From Saccostrea cucullata (lineage: Eukaryota), in NCBI RefSeq assembly GCF_032062105.1, contig NW_026920800.1, positions 62,001 through 126,000 of the forward strand: a stretch of 64,000 nt of DNA, given 5' to 3'. The notes under the pieces are model-generated. The model did no database searches. It was given only the letters and a program-made list of their open reading frames with translations, and had not been told where the DNA came from. Shown here piece after piece: positions 31,501-42,480 of the stretch (positions are counted from its first letter, which is position 1; every line of letters begins with the position of its first letter). The position numbers and the translations under genes are program-made.

Positions 31501-34500
31501 TTGAATGCACTGAGCCTCACCACCTTGGAGCACAACAAGGCATGACGCAGTGCTAAAACACAATAGGAAGGAAATAGATTTGACCTCCATGCCTGGACTA
31601 ATAACATATCGTTTGACTTCTCATGTAAAGGGAAATCACCTGAGAATATTTAGTCTCTCTCACTTAGTGCCTCCTAAATACTTTATTTGGGCTATGATAG
31701 CACTAATACCTACCAATAAGTTTTATAGTGGGTTTACTAGGTCATTGAAGGATAAGTCTTTAGAATTTTAACTGATATAATTTGACTTACAAATCATTAT
31801 CTCGCTGGACAGTGTCTTAGATATATGCCCTGCAGGTGTTTTCTGAAGTTTGGTGTTAATGTACAGAATACCTTCGTAAACAAACTTGATTTGCCATTTA
31901 AAAGTATGTTTTACCTGGTGTGTGTCGGCTGTGGAGTAGGTCAACTAAAACTAACAGCAGTGCTGTGCACTGGTTGTTATTCCTGACATTGATTTTCCCT
32001 TCTGGTGCCTCTTGTTTCTGTAAAAACAAGGCAGATTGAGCTAGGCTGATCATGTGACCAGCTTAGGATGAACTGGGATGGCTGATAAAGGCCCTGATAG
32101 ACTGACTGTGTAGTGTTATAGTTAGGACATGTACATGGGGTTGTAGAGTAATCTGGAGTGTTTACACTTGTGTGACAATGGCTGACTCGCTACACCTATA
32201 ATATAGACTGGACACTCACCACTAGAGACAATGGTGCCTGAATTAAACACCCAGCTGAGACAGTGATTGTAGCACAGGATTAACTTAGCTCTGTTTGTGT
32301 TTAGTGTGTGTGTGTGTTCAGATTTTTTAAACAACATTTGACATAAGAAAAAAAAGAACTAAATTTACCAGGGGTGGTTGGAATCATTGAATAATGACTT
32401 CAGGCCCCGGTGGGGAATGGCAGCCCCAAATGGCAGCAGAACTTCAGATAGCAGTTCAGACTGAGAGGTGTGTTGTATAATGTAATTGCTATTGGATTTC
32501 TTGCACTATGTTTCACAAAAGGCAGGTAAATTATGATGATATTAGAAACACTTAGTAGGTCAAGAATCAGGATTCCTTGAGGGCTTGTTAAGCTGTCTGG
32601 TGGTGTGAACCGTAGGAATATAGGTTTACAAGGGAAATGTTCTGATCATTGTTGAAAGACAATAAGTGTAAAAAAGTTTTAGGGTTTCTGATGTAATAAA
32701 TGATTTCATGGTTGAAGATTTTGTTTGTGTGATAATATTACATAAATATTTTACCTATAAGAATAATGAAGGAGATGGTAAACAATTTCTCTCATTGGAT
32801 ATTTTATCTTTCATAATAAACTGTGATTACATTGATCATGTTGATAATTGTGTTTGTCTTCCTGACAGTGACCCTAATGGTGGTTGGATGCCTGGAAATC
32901 AAGGCCCCCCTTCCCTTTCGGTGGTGACCACGGTGTGGGGGATGACCCAGTCTACACAGAGCGGTCCCTTCAACCACAGTACCCCCGGATCAGGGTACAC
33001 CAACACTACCATGTCCTCAACCAACTACACACAGCAGCCCCAAGGATTCACGGGGAATCAGATGCAGAAACCTCCCTATAACATGGGACCCATCACTAAT
33101 AGACGGGACTCTGGGGGGTACAACAGACCAGGGTAGGTGGCTGATATACATCTAACATGATAGTTTCTTAATTGTAGCATTGTAATGTAACAGACTTTTT
33201 GTAATTGTGATATTTTAATTCTGGAAAATTGAAACACCTACAATTCCTTTAGAAAGAATACACAATCCCTATCTTTTACACAATTCGTTTGTTTGTTTGT
33301 TTTTGGGTTCATTTTTTCCCACAGAAGGATAATTGTTGAAAAAGCTTACCAATGAATGCTAATATGAATGATTGTAAAGGAAATAAGCATATTGTTTTTC
33401 TTTTGTGAAGCAGAGGAAGGTGTCATATACATTAAGGTTTATGTGTTGATAATTTATATAGGTAGAGGTGAGGCATATACAAATGCAAGAAGAAAAAAAT
33501 TAAGAAATTGGAATTAGATGGAAAAGTGGCATTTCTTTTGGATGGGTTACCTTATCAAGCTAAGGCTAAACAGAAAGGTTTCTCTTTTCTCAGAGAAGGG
33601 AATGGGGACAGATTAGGAGGGTGGAAGGGGGTAACTAGAAGGAGGATAATGGAATGGGAAATTTTTATTAAAAAAAAAGTTTTATTGTACTGTAGAAATT
33701 ACAAATTTGTCTTTAAAAATATCAACATGATAGCTACAAATAAAAACAATTTTGGTAATAGTAGGACTTTGACCCATTTTTGGATGCAATACCTCTTCAA
33801 AAAAAAAAAGAGTCAGGAAGTATTCTCTGGATACTTTAAAATACAGTGGACCTTCAGATAGAGTCAGGATAAGTATATTTTTCTCGGAACAAAATTTTTA
33901 AATGTTATTTTGTCTTGTTTAACTGGTGACTTTCCGGACAAATTGACTGGGAAAAATAAATGAGGGTCCACTGTATAAGAGAAACAGTGTGTGACAAATG
34001 TCAAGTAGGAAAAAAGTGTGTGAATTGATCTAGACAGAAAGTTACATGTATAAATCTTGAAACCATGACAACCACATTCATAATCATATAATATATTTCA
34101 AAATTAAAGACAACAGGATGGAAGTGTTTAGTCATCAATAAATGGTGGTATTAGGATATTTATAGTCACAAATCGCTCGCAATGATGGAAGAATTCAATC
34201 AATTGCTTCGTATTTCATCATTTGTACTGTTACTATATATTAGTTGGTTTATAATGAAGGTGTAAGGACAGTTTGTGGAATTTGAAAGCTTTTGTGAAAT
34301 AACCAGGATTTTTTTTTTGGTTGTAAAAGTCCCTGGAGATATCTGCATGTGTCAATAGTTTAACTTTCATAATTCTTGAAGTAGATATAAATTTCATTAA
34401 GTATTGTCAGGTTTTAAAAAAAGCAGGATCTTTTCAATTTTCTGTATGTTTATGAGGTTAAGGGAAGGGGGTGGGGACAGCCATTTGTTAGAGAGGGACA

Positions 34501-37500
34501 GATCTGGTTTCATTGCTAGTTAGGGAGACATGAAAAATTATGAAGATTTACATATTTTGCCTCTCGGTACATGCATTTTAGAGAACAATTGTGTTGTACA
34601 GGTACCCTCCTACTCCAAACACACCGGGCTCTAACACACCCATATCAGGACACAATGAGTACCCTGGAGGTCCAGGGATGCCACAGGGAAACCCGGCCCT
34701 ATCAGCCGCTCTGGTTGCCGCAGCAGCAACAGCAACCGCGACTGCCACGGCAACTGCTAGTATGGTAGCCATGCAGGATCAACAACAGCTCAACATGCAG
34801 ATGAATATGAATGGGCAGTACCCACCACAGATGCCAGTGAGACTCGTTTTCTTCTATCATAATTACACAGATATGATAAAGTTTATATGTAGACAGGAAA
34901 AGAGTCATTTGCAATGGTGACAGAAAGTTTGCAAGTATTTACTTGAGTCCTTCCTGATACCAGTGCACTAGAGCTTTGCATCAATTTTAGTATTGTGAAG
35001 CGTTATGCCAATAGGTTATTTATACTCCACAGACACTTGTATCAGTCGTGTATACAGTTGTCACTAACTGTAGGACTTACTTCCTGTTTTACCAAGTTTT
35101 TCACATCTTTGATTAAAATGTGGAAGTTAATATTCACTATGTCAATATTTAAAGCAAAAAAAAAAGCTTTGTCTACAAATTATGAACTCGTTTTCCACAA
35201 TTATTACTATTAATTAGTATTCTTAATGAGTGGCAGTGTTTGCAAATGAAATATTATTTATACTTGATCAATTTGTACAATATATAAAAATTTCTTTAGG
35301 TTCAGAATCAGTTTAATCAGTATCAAGGGATGCCCCAAAGGGGAGGACCCATGAATATGGGTCATGGGACAGCACCCGGCCCAATGATGAACAAAGGCAT
35401 GTACATGCGGCGTACTGCTCCCTACCACAATCCACAGATGATGAAAGCAAGGCCTGTCACTGGCGGTCAGCAGTACCCCAATGGAGCACAGGTACTGCAT
35501 TGCTTGAAATTAATTTTACACAATTGTAGAACAGAGCAGTGAAATCATGTAGATTTGTGTGTGTGTGTAGATAAATGACACTGATGTGTTCTTTTCCAGT
35601 ATGGCCCACAGTACCTAAACCAGCAACAGTACCCAAACAAACCTCAGTACCCCCCAGCCCAGCAGCCCCTACCCTCCCCAACCTATGGTCCTCAGCAACC
35701 AGGAATGAGGCCCAGTGCTCCACCTCACTACCCTAATGGTCAGAATCCTTACATGACAGGCCAGTACCCTCCACAAGGCAGACAGCTCCCTCCCCAGGGC
35801 CCGGGATACGGCCCCTCCCCTCAGTACAGCAATGGACAGCAGAACTTACAGGTACTTCTATGACTTTATCTAATAGGTGTAATGGGATTTGTTTATAAAT
35901 TTTATTTCTGGCTTGATGACACGATCACATTCCATTGCAGTCCTCCAACATGAGCTATCCTCACTCCCCCTTGCCTGGTAACCCCACCCCACCCATCACA
36001 CCAGGGGCGGTGCAGCCTCCATACCCCGGCCAGATGCCAATCAAGAAAGGTAAGACTGGAACATGACAGTGTAAATATATAATAAATGAGGAAAGTCAAT
36101 GACATGAGTCGGTGGAGCTTAGTTGATGCAATTTATTGAAAGTTTGTGCTATTATTGTTTAGTCATTCCTTAAAATTTACATCAGCGAAACATCATTATT
36201 AATGTTGGGAATATGCTAGAATTAATGACTTAAAATTTGTCTATAGTTTGGATTACTGTTAAGGGTACAAATCTGTCAATTTCTAGAATGGAGATAAAGA
36301 TTGCACAGTAATTTTTTGCTTCAAAGCAATTTTGTTAGAGTTTATCCGTCTCGAGACAATTTTCATTTTGATAGAAATTTAAGTAAATAACAATGGCATT
36401 TTTAACTGTGCTTAAAGCAACAGAAGTTAAAATGATTTTGACACTGAAGTATATAGGAAATATTTGCCTTGTGTGTATTTTGATAAGACTTTTTGTGACT
36501 TCAGACCCTGAGGAGTTACGCCTAACTTTCCCTGTCCGGGATGGTGTAGTGTTGCCTCCATTCCGATTGGAGCATAACCTGGCAGTAAGCAACCACGTCT
36601 TCCACCTCAGAGATTCTGTGTATCAAACCCTTATGTGGAGGTTTGTGTCTTATATACTGTTTCAATTGGTTTTAAAGTAAATAGCAAATTTAAAACAACC
36701 TGAGAATGATTAATAGATTTGAATTCTTTCAAACACTGATTTAAAGGTTAATATGCAATTAGGCAATCCTATGTAAAGCATGACTGAAAAGCATTGGTTG
36801 TCAAAATCCACGAATGCTCTCTTAAGGGAGACAACTCTTAAAAACGAAATATTTTTTCCATTTCAGATCTGACTTAGAATTACAGTTGAAGTGTTTCCAT
36901 CATGAGGATCGGCAGATGAACACCAACTGGCCAGCCTCAGTGACCGTTAGTGTTAATGCCAACCCCCTAAACATAGAACGGGGAGAGAATAAGACCTCCC
37001 ACAAACCACTGTACCTCAAAGATGTCTGCCAGCCCGGCAGAAATACCATTCAGATCACTGTCACAGCATGTTGTTGTGTAAGTTCACGTTATGTTTATTG
37101 TTTCTTAATATCTTATTTTTCATTTCAATTTTATTTACCTCTTAAGTAGAATTTTTAACAGGACATAATTTAAAATGTCCTGAAAACCCACATAATATTT
37201 AGCAAGAAGAAAAAGATTTTTTATTTAATTTTTTTTCCTAAAAGTTCTCTTATATATTATATATGTGTTACAATTGATTTTCATTTTTTTTCGTCCAATT
37301 TGTGTGTGCAAGTGTGCGGTACTTCAGGGCCTACTGAAGAAGCGACTATTACCTGCAGAGCATTGTATCACCAAAAGTAAGTACATCTCTAAGGCTGTAT
37401 ACGAGCTGAAAAAATGTTAAAAAGTCACCCTGAAACCTGTAGTAATACAATGGGAGGGCTACTTGCAGATGAAATTAATTGCAAAGATACTTTATTTCCT

Positions 37501-39379
37501 ATACAATATTTACTCCAGACCAGTTTTAGTTTGATAGCTTTAAAAAAAAAATGGGGAAAGAACCCTCTTGATTATAACATTGTTTTGTTGTTGTTTTTTT
37601 TTCAGTCAAAAGAAATTTTACAAGTGTGACAAGCAACAACAGCATAAACAGTGAGGATGGCGTGGAGCAGACAGCTATAAAAGTATCCCTAAAGTGTCCA
37701 ATCACATTCCGGCGAATTATGCTTCCTGCTCGGGGACACGAGTGTAAACACATACAGTGCTTTGATCTGGAGTCGTATCTTCAGCTGAACACAGAACGTG
37801 GCTCCTGGCGGTGCCCTGTGTGTAGGCAAGTTCTCTTGTCACTTTGGCCAAACTAGAAATTCTGTTTTAAAGTGAACTAGGTAATTGTCCTATTTTATCA
37901 GAAGAAGAATTTATATGACAGTTTTGTTTTTGATTGCAGTAAAACAGCATTACTGGAGGGGTTAGAGATTGACCAGTACATCTGGGGAATTCTCACCAAC
38001 CTTCAGACAACAGAATTTGAGGAGGTCACTATTGACCCCATGGCAGCTTGGAAACCTGTGCAGCATAAAACTGCAGTCAAAGAGGAGGAAACAGGTCAGT
38101 TTCAAAATAATTAAGTTAACATAAATTGATTAATGAGCTGTAGTTCCAGGAATATGTTGAGAAAAATCTGTTGATGAAAGACAGTATGGCTCAGTTGGGG
38201 GTATTATGGTCCCATTTGCTTTTTGTGTAAAAATTCTTGAAAGATTAAGGAACTTGCATGAGAACTGGATGAATCATATGATTAATTATGTTTTAGGAGA
38301 CAACTCCTGTGGTGGTCGATGGGTCAAAGCAATGTCCCCATCAAGCATGCAGCTACCGACCATGAGTACGTGGGACATGATGGGGGGTGGCCGACAAGCT
38401 GCATCACCTTTTACCATGAACTCTGGCCAAGGTATGTCAAACTGAAACTCCATAAGTGAATTGAAAGTTAGAACCGTGCTTCTTGTTAGACTAATGAAAT
38501 ATTTTATTTTACAGGATCCCAGTATCCCGGAATGCCAAATGAGAGCATGCCAAATGGACCAGTTAGTACGGGTTATCCCCACCCAGGTCCTCCCTCAGAC
38601 TATAGTTCCCCACTCACACATATGTCAGAGAGCATAAACAATATTAGCAATGGAAATTCCATTAACAGTGGAAATTCAATGAACAATGTGCCACAAAGTG
38701 ACTCCTCTTCTCAAATGACTCACAATGCAGGACAGTTTGTCCCAGTGTCGGGGGACCAGGGCATGCCCACATTAAGGCACCCTGACCAAAACAATATGAA
38801 CAGTCACATGACTCCCTCCAGCCAATCATCACAAAGCATGAGTAACGGCAGCCATCAACTCGATCACCAGTCACCTCCTAGCAATCAGAATAATACATCA
38901 GGGGCAGATAACTGCAATTCAATAGAAGATATCAATTTGGACCCGTCTACTATTATGAATGATAGTCAGAGTAACAATTTAGATGTAAGTATATTCAGTT
39001 GTCATATGATTAGTTTATGCATAATTTGAAGATGATTTCTTTATGTTTGTCCATATTTCTGAGATTGAAATATAAGTTGAATTTTTAAGCATACTTAATG
39101 TTTAGATTTTAGCAGTATTTTCTACCATGTTTCCATTTTCGATGCTTTGAGAGAAAAAAAAAATTATCAAAAATGTTTATCTTCTTTTAGCTCCAGCTAG
39201 AAAATTTTGGTGATCCAATTGAACTGTTATCGTATTTGGGACCACCTGAGAGTTCTGGGAACGAATCGCCCGGGGCACAGAACACAAACACTAACAACAG
39301 CAATTCTACGTCCACAAACAATCAAACCTCAACCAGTGCCAATAGCAATAATGATGATTTGTTGGCTCTGTTTGAATAG
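3876..39379 (+). CDS. ZMIZ1: Zinc finger MIZ domain-containing protein 1-like (ZMIZ1/Zimp10/tonalli family), whole gene span, 17 coding exons, ~1015 aa as assembled
   Basis: Manually spliced exons with consistent phases give [20 protein letters not shown]..., [59 protein letters not shown] and C-terminal NDDLLALFE*, all typical of ZMIZ1/2. Confidence 0.97.
3993..4620 (+). mobile_element. Degenerate non-autonomous Helentron-like element with decayed Cg170-like repeats
   Basis: tttagctcacttgagc...ctcaagtgagc subterminal inverted repeat, (ctgt)n microsatellite and decayed satellite monomers. Confidence 0.65.
6734..6847 (+). CDS. ZMIZ1: ZMIZ1 coding exon 2 ([38 protein letters not shown])
   Basis: ttcag| acceptor, |gtaagt donor, 114 nt, phase 0/0; [14 protein letters not shown] motif. 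Confidence 0.95.
8254..8430. mobile_element. Tc1/pogo-type MITE (CAGT..ACTG, TA flanks); related partial copy at ~54179-54340
   Basis: ta-cagtaaaaactatgtaaactgaca / tgtcagattagacagatttcactg-ta imperfect TIRs. Confidence 0.6.
11145..11422 (+). mobile_element. Short Helentron/DINE-like element; family copies at ~20251-20539 (-), ~51556-52000 (-), ~62043-62320 (+)
   Basis: ttttatgcaccc..gggtgcgta hairpin, (ctgt)n microsatellite, gaccttg core and tttcacaaacgtatcttgtt end shared among four copies. Confidence 0.75.
11551..11656 (+). CDS. ZMIZ1: ZMIZ1 coding exon 3 ([35 protein letters not shown])
   Basis: tttcag| acceptor, G|gttag donor, phase 0/1; [14 protein letters not shown] motif. Confidence 0.95.
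12217..12422. mobile_element. TA-flanked MITE (CTGTA..TACAG TIR)
   Basis: ta-ctgtaaaagtacatttttccac / gtggaaaaaagtacgtctacag-ta. Confidence 0.65.
14928..15092. mobile_element. Degenerate palindromic (foldback) element
   Basis: Arms catggctatactgtcttgaaat..atatttggg / cccaaatat..atttcaaaacagtataaccatg; ends tttatataat like the 49.5-kb element. Confidence 0.6.
22356..24134 (+). mobile_element. Complete non-autonomous Helentron-like element carrying ~9 Cg170/HindIII-like ~166-bp satellite monomers, in ZMIZ1 intron 3
   Basis: 5' ttttttagctcacctgagc..gctcaagtgagc, (gtc/gtt)n microsatellite, tandem monomers 22.6-24.0 kb, 3' ctcatgtgagcgatgtggcccctgggcctcttgtt hairpin, T-rich insertion site. Confidence 0.9.
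28093..28228 (+). CDS. ZMIZ1: ZMIZ1 coding exon 4 ([22 protein letters not shown]...)
   Basis: ttgtag| acceptor, GG|gtgag donor, phase 1/2; [15 protein letters not shown] motif. Confidence 0.95.
32869..33132 (+). CDS. ZMIZ1: ZMIZ1 coding exon 5 (DPNGGW...[12 protein letters not shown]...)
   Basis: Lies within ORF 32708..33136; gacag| acceptor, GG|gtagg donor, phase 2/2. Confidence 0.92.
33844..33973. mobile_element. Small pogo/Tc1-like MITE
   Basis: ta-cagtggacc / ggtccactg-ta TIR with TA duplication. Confidence 0.65.
34602..34836 (+). CDS. ZMIZ1: ZMIZ1 coding exon 6 (Ala/Thr-rich tract AAAATATATATAT)
   Basis: Lies within ORF 34591..34920; tacag| acceptor, |gtgag donor, phase 2/0. Confidence 0.92.
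35300..35491 (+). CDS. ZMIZ1: ZMIZ1 coding exon 7 (Pro/Gln/Met-rich)
   Basis: ctttag| acceptor, CAG|gtact donor, 192 nt, phase 0/0. Confidence 0.88.
35600..35851 (+). CDS. ZMIZ1: ZMIZ1 coding exon 8 (Pro/Gln/Tyr-rich, QQPLPSPTY)
   Basis: ttccag| acceptor, CAG|gtact donor, open 252 nt, phase 0/0. Confidence 0.88.
35941..36049 (+). CDS. ZMIZ1: ZMIZ1 coding exon 9 ([17 protein letters not shown])
   Basis: ttgcag| acceptor, G|gtaag donor; conserved HSPxPGNPTPP motif. Confidence 0.93.
36505..36640 (+). CDS. ZMIZ1: ZMIZ1 coding exon 10 ([33 protein letters not shown])
   Basis: Highly conserved central domain; phase 1/2. Confidence 0.96.
36867..37077 (+). CDS. ZMIZ1: ZMIZ1 coding exon 11 ([22 protein letters not shown]...TACCC)
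   Basis: tttcag| acceptor, |gtaagt donor, phase 2/0. Confidence 0.96.
37313..37376 (+). CDS. ZMIZ1: ZMIZ1 coding exon 12, 5' end damaged (…[19 protein letters not shown])
   Basis: 3' part and A|gtaag donor are clear; the conserved SHLFVLQLVHRPSVRS start is scrambled. Start is set at the nearest in-frame AG. Confidence 0.7.
37606..37825 (+). CDS. ZMIZ1: ZMIZ1 coding exon 13 (SP-RING/MIZ zinc finger)
   Basis: [47 protein letters not shown]; ends at non-canonical donor AG|gcaagt. Confidence 0.95.
37940..38094 (+). CDS. ZMIZ1: ZMIZ1 coding exon 14 ([31 protein letters not shown])
   Basis: ttgcag| acceptor, G|gtcagt donor, phase 2/1. Confidence 0.95.
38297..38431 (+). CDS. ZMIZ1: ZMIZ1 coding exon 15 ([11 protein letters not shown])
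   Basis: Lies within ORF 38206..38445; phase 1/1. Confidence 0.9.
38515..38984 (+). CDS. ZMIZ1: ZMIZ1 coding exon 16 (low-complexity S/N/Q/P transactivation region)
   Basis: Overlaps ORF 38532..39029; tacag| acceptor, |gtaagt donor, phase 1/0. Confidence 0.9.
39191..39379 (+). CDS. ZMIZ1: ZMIZ1 terminal coding exon 17 ([12 protein letters not shown]...NDDLLALFE*)
   Basis: ttttag| acceptor; conserved ELLSYL and NDDLL.LFE motifs; TAG at 39377-39379. Confidence 0.94.
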   Translation, partial: LQLENFGDPIELLSYLGPPESSGNESPGAQNTNTNNSNSTSTNNQTSTSANSNNDDLLALFE

Positions 39380-41029
39380 CAAACTATTGTATGATTTTAA
39401 GTATTTCAAGAGCTGTTGTGACACGGAACAGACAGAGACTGTTGTCAGGGAAGCCACCACCTCTGTGTAATCGGCCAGTTGTCTTACAGATCTGCAGTGG
39501 GGAGGATCAAACTTCAGATTTTATTTCTCTACTTGCTTTATCATATATTTATTGATACTGAACATCAACTTGCCTGGATTTATTGTTATACTTCATTTGT
39601 ATCACTCTAACTTAATGGAGGGGACAGGAAGTCCCCCACCCTAAATCTGTTCATTAAAATGCAGCCTTTTGTGGGCAGCATAACAAAAAAGGCATGTGAT
39701 ATCCACATCTGATTTGTTAATATATTTTGAAAGTTGTCCAATGACAGCATTCTTTGGTCAGACTTTAAGGCTCCTATAATGTAATGGGAGACCTCAGTTT
39801 TGAATAGGCAGCAAATGACATAAAGAGTTTTTCTGTAGATGATATTTGTATGTTTCTAAGAGAGTTCTATGCTATGTTTCTGTCTTTGTCTAACATCCTC
39901 AACACCTTATTATGTGCTCATTATTTTTTGCTGCTCATTTGTAATTTTATAATCTTTTTAGAAAGCAAATTTTGTTTTCATTCAGATACAGTGACTTTGA
40001 TTTGAAAATTGGGGTTATAAATTTGGTTTCTTTAGGTGGAACTTCTTTAATGTACATGTGTATATTTTCCTATGTTATTTGTGTCTTCCTTATGTTAACT
40101 GCAAAGTACATCACATGCAATACAAATTACAGGTGGCTCTTAGAAAAACAGCTGATTTGTGATGCATTAGCCTTTTGTATACATAACTATGAACTTAATA
40201 GGTGTCAAAAAATCCCTTAAGTGTAACAGTTATGGACACTTTAGAAGTTTTTATTTCAAAACGAGTATGTCTGATAAAAACAGCTTATGTAACCCAGAAC
40301 GCAAGTTGATATACAGTATTATTTATATGTATCTTTAGTGCAAGTTATAAATTTATGCATGAAAGGGTAACATGCAAAGATGTTGAAGCAATCAACCCTT
40401 TTTTCATGATTTAATTGGCAAATTTTGAATGTGCAATATCAGAAAGAAATTTTTTACTGTTTACCTTTATTTTGCTGTAAAGTATTTTTTTAAGGTCTTA
40501 AAAATTGGATTTAACCCTATGGAGAGACATTTTTGTTGGGTTATTTTATACAGATAGGTCACAGGAAATGTTAGCCAGAAACCTCCATGACAATGTTCTA
40601 GGTTGGAATTTTTAGGCACACTTTTGTAATCCTGGGGGATATTTCAGATCTTTTACAAGCTGTTTGTAGGATATAATTGTCTTAATTTAATTTTTTGTAT
40701 AATATTTATTAATAGTTATTTAAATTTTCATTTATGAAAATGAATCATGTCCATGGCAAATATTCTTTTGTGTCCAAGTTCCGAAGTAGGATAGAAATGT
40801 ACATAGATTATATATATTATAAATACAGAATATATGTTATGTTTTAATTTTTGTGTTTTGGACATTATTGGACCTGGTCATTCTGTCAGGTCGACATCTT
40901 GACAAGCGAACTGAGGCCCTTTTAAGAGGTGCAGCAAGTTGGTGTCAAAAGATAATTCTGCAATAGATAAGGAAACAAATGAATCATTGACACCTTCTTA
41001 TGACAGCTCATTTGCAAAGGCTAAAGTTT

Positions 41030-41620
41030 CTTCAATGTAAGTCAGACTGCCAGGTCAAGAAATTAAAAAAATGTTGGTACCAAAAGAAAAAAGAAGTTAC
41101 GTCTAAAATAAGTCAAACTCCAATGCCAAGGTCAAAGAATAAAAATAAAAGGTGACCAGGGGAAGGTCTTGTCAAAGGAAATGTATATGTGAAATTTATA
41201 AGCCTTGCACAAACTATTCAAAAGAAAGAAGGTAAAACTCTAAGGTCAAGGACAAAAGGTCAAAAAAATTTTATACCCAATGAAAGGTCTTGTCAGATTA
41301 AATATACTTGTGAAATATTAAAGCCCTAGCACCACCTGTTCAAAACTTGTTCAGTTTTGCAGAAAGTTTTTCTAAGTAGGTCAATTTTCGAGGTGAAGTT
41401 CAAAGGGTGGAATAAATGATATTCAAGGGAGGGTTTTGTCACAAAGAATACACCTCTGAAGTATGAAAGCCATAGCCAAGAAGTAAACTCAGAGGTCAAA
41501 GTCCAAGGATCAAAATTGTTGGTATTCAAAGGAAGGATTGGTCACAAGGAATACACTAGTAAAGTATGAAAGTCCTAGAACCAGTCATTAAAAATTGATG
41601 ACCAAGGTTAAAGTTTGGTA
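41030..41620 (-). repeat. Decayed ~120-bp tandem repeats of a Helentron-like element (aaggtcaa / aaggtcttgtcac / gtgaaatatgaaagcc)
   Basis: About five degenerate recurrences of the same motifs. Confidence 0.6.
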
Positions 41621-42089
41621 AGAACTCGGAACGATAGTATTGTTCTTTGTATTAAACAAAGATTTTTTAATGATATGCATAAAACAAATTGCCTATAATT
41701 TTGGTAAAATTAATATTGAATTTGAAACAAAAATGTAATATGGTGCATTTTAAAATATAGCTTTTTTGTTTTCCACGGGGGGAACATATAATTATAGACA
41801 AAAAACGAAAAAAATGCTAATTTTTCACCAATTTTAAAGCTATTTACAACTAATAATTGTATTTTATTAATTTATGTATGTTTTATTTATTTGCGTAAAA
41901 CATAAGAAAAGATATGAAATGCATTTTATCATATTTAAGACTATTTCAAAATATGGTGATTCTTGAAAGTTCGATTTCACTAGAAAATATCGTCTACTGG
42001 AATTAATGATAATTTACCATCTAGCGCTGGATGATATTAATGAACAGTATTCAAGCTCAAAAGTCCTTTAAAGATTACATGTAATAAAT

Positions 42090-42480
42090 TGGATATTAAT
42101 GCAGAGCAAAAGTCCTTTAGAGAATACAAATTTGGAGCAGAGCAGTCGCAGTCCTCCAAAATATCAGAGATGGGATCAGGTTCCATAGAGGAGTGACCCC
42201 CCTGTTGACCGGTCACATCTGCCTTGTCACAACTGGAAAAATCTGTTGACAATTCACTTTGTAAATAATGGCATAACAGTTGGATTAAAAACTGTCATGA
42301 TCAGTGAGCATTTAACTTTTTGATAAATTGTATTTGCTGACAAAGTCATTGTATTGACCGTAGAACTTAGGAAGTGATGACTTTAAATAAGTCTTGCTAT
42401 ATTCTTGTTTCATCAACTTGTTTGTCAATGAACTTTTTTCAATGATTTTAAATGGACCTTGCCAACATGATGAACAACTT
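42090..42480 (-). mobile_element. Penelope-like retroelement 3' fragment
   Basis: LTNKLMKQEY..LKSSLPKFYGQYNDFVSKYNLS resembles the C-terminus of bivalve PLE ORFs; downstream gatgtgaccggtcaacagggg..cctgatcccatctctg resembles their 3' ends (recognised from memory). Confidence 0.6.

Noticed and set aside
32884-39470. Alternative-frame and antisense ORFs over ZMIZ1 exons (e.g. 32884, 34571, 34578, 35457, 38662, 39207)
   Set aside because: Shadow ORFs of GC-richer coding exons with no independent support.
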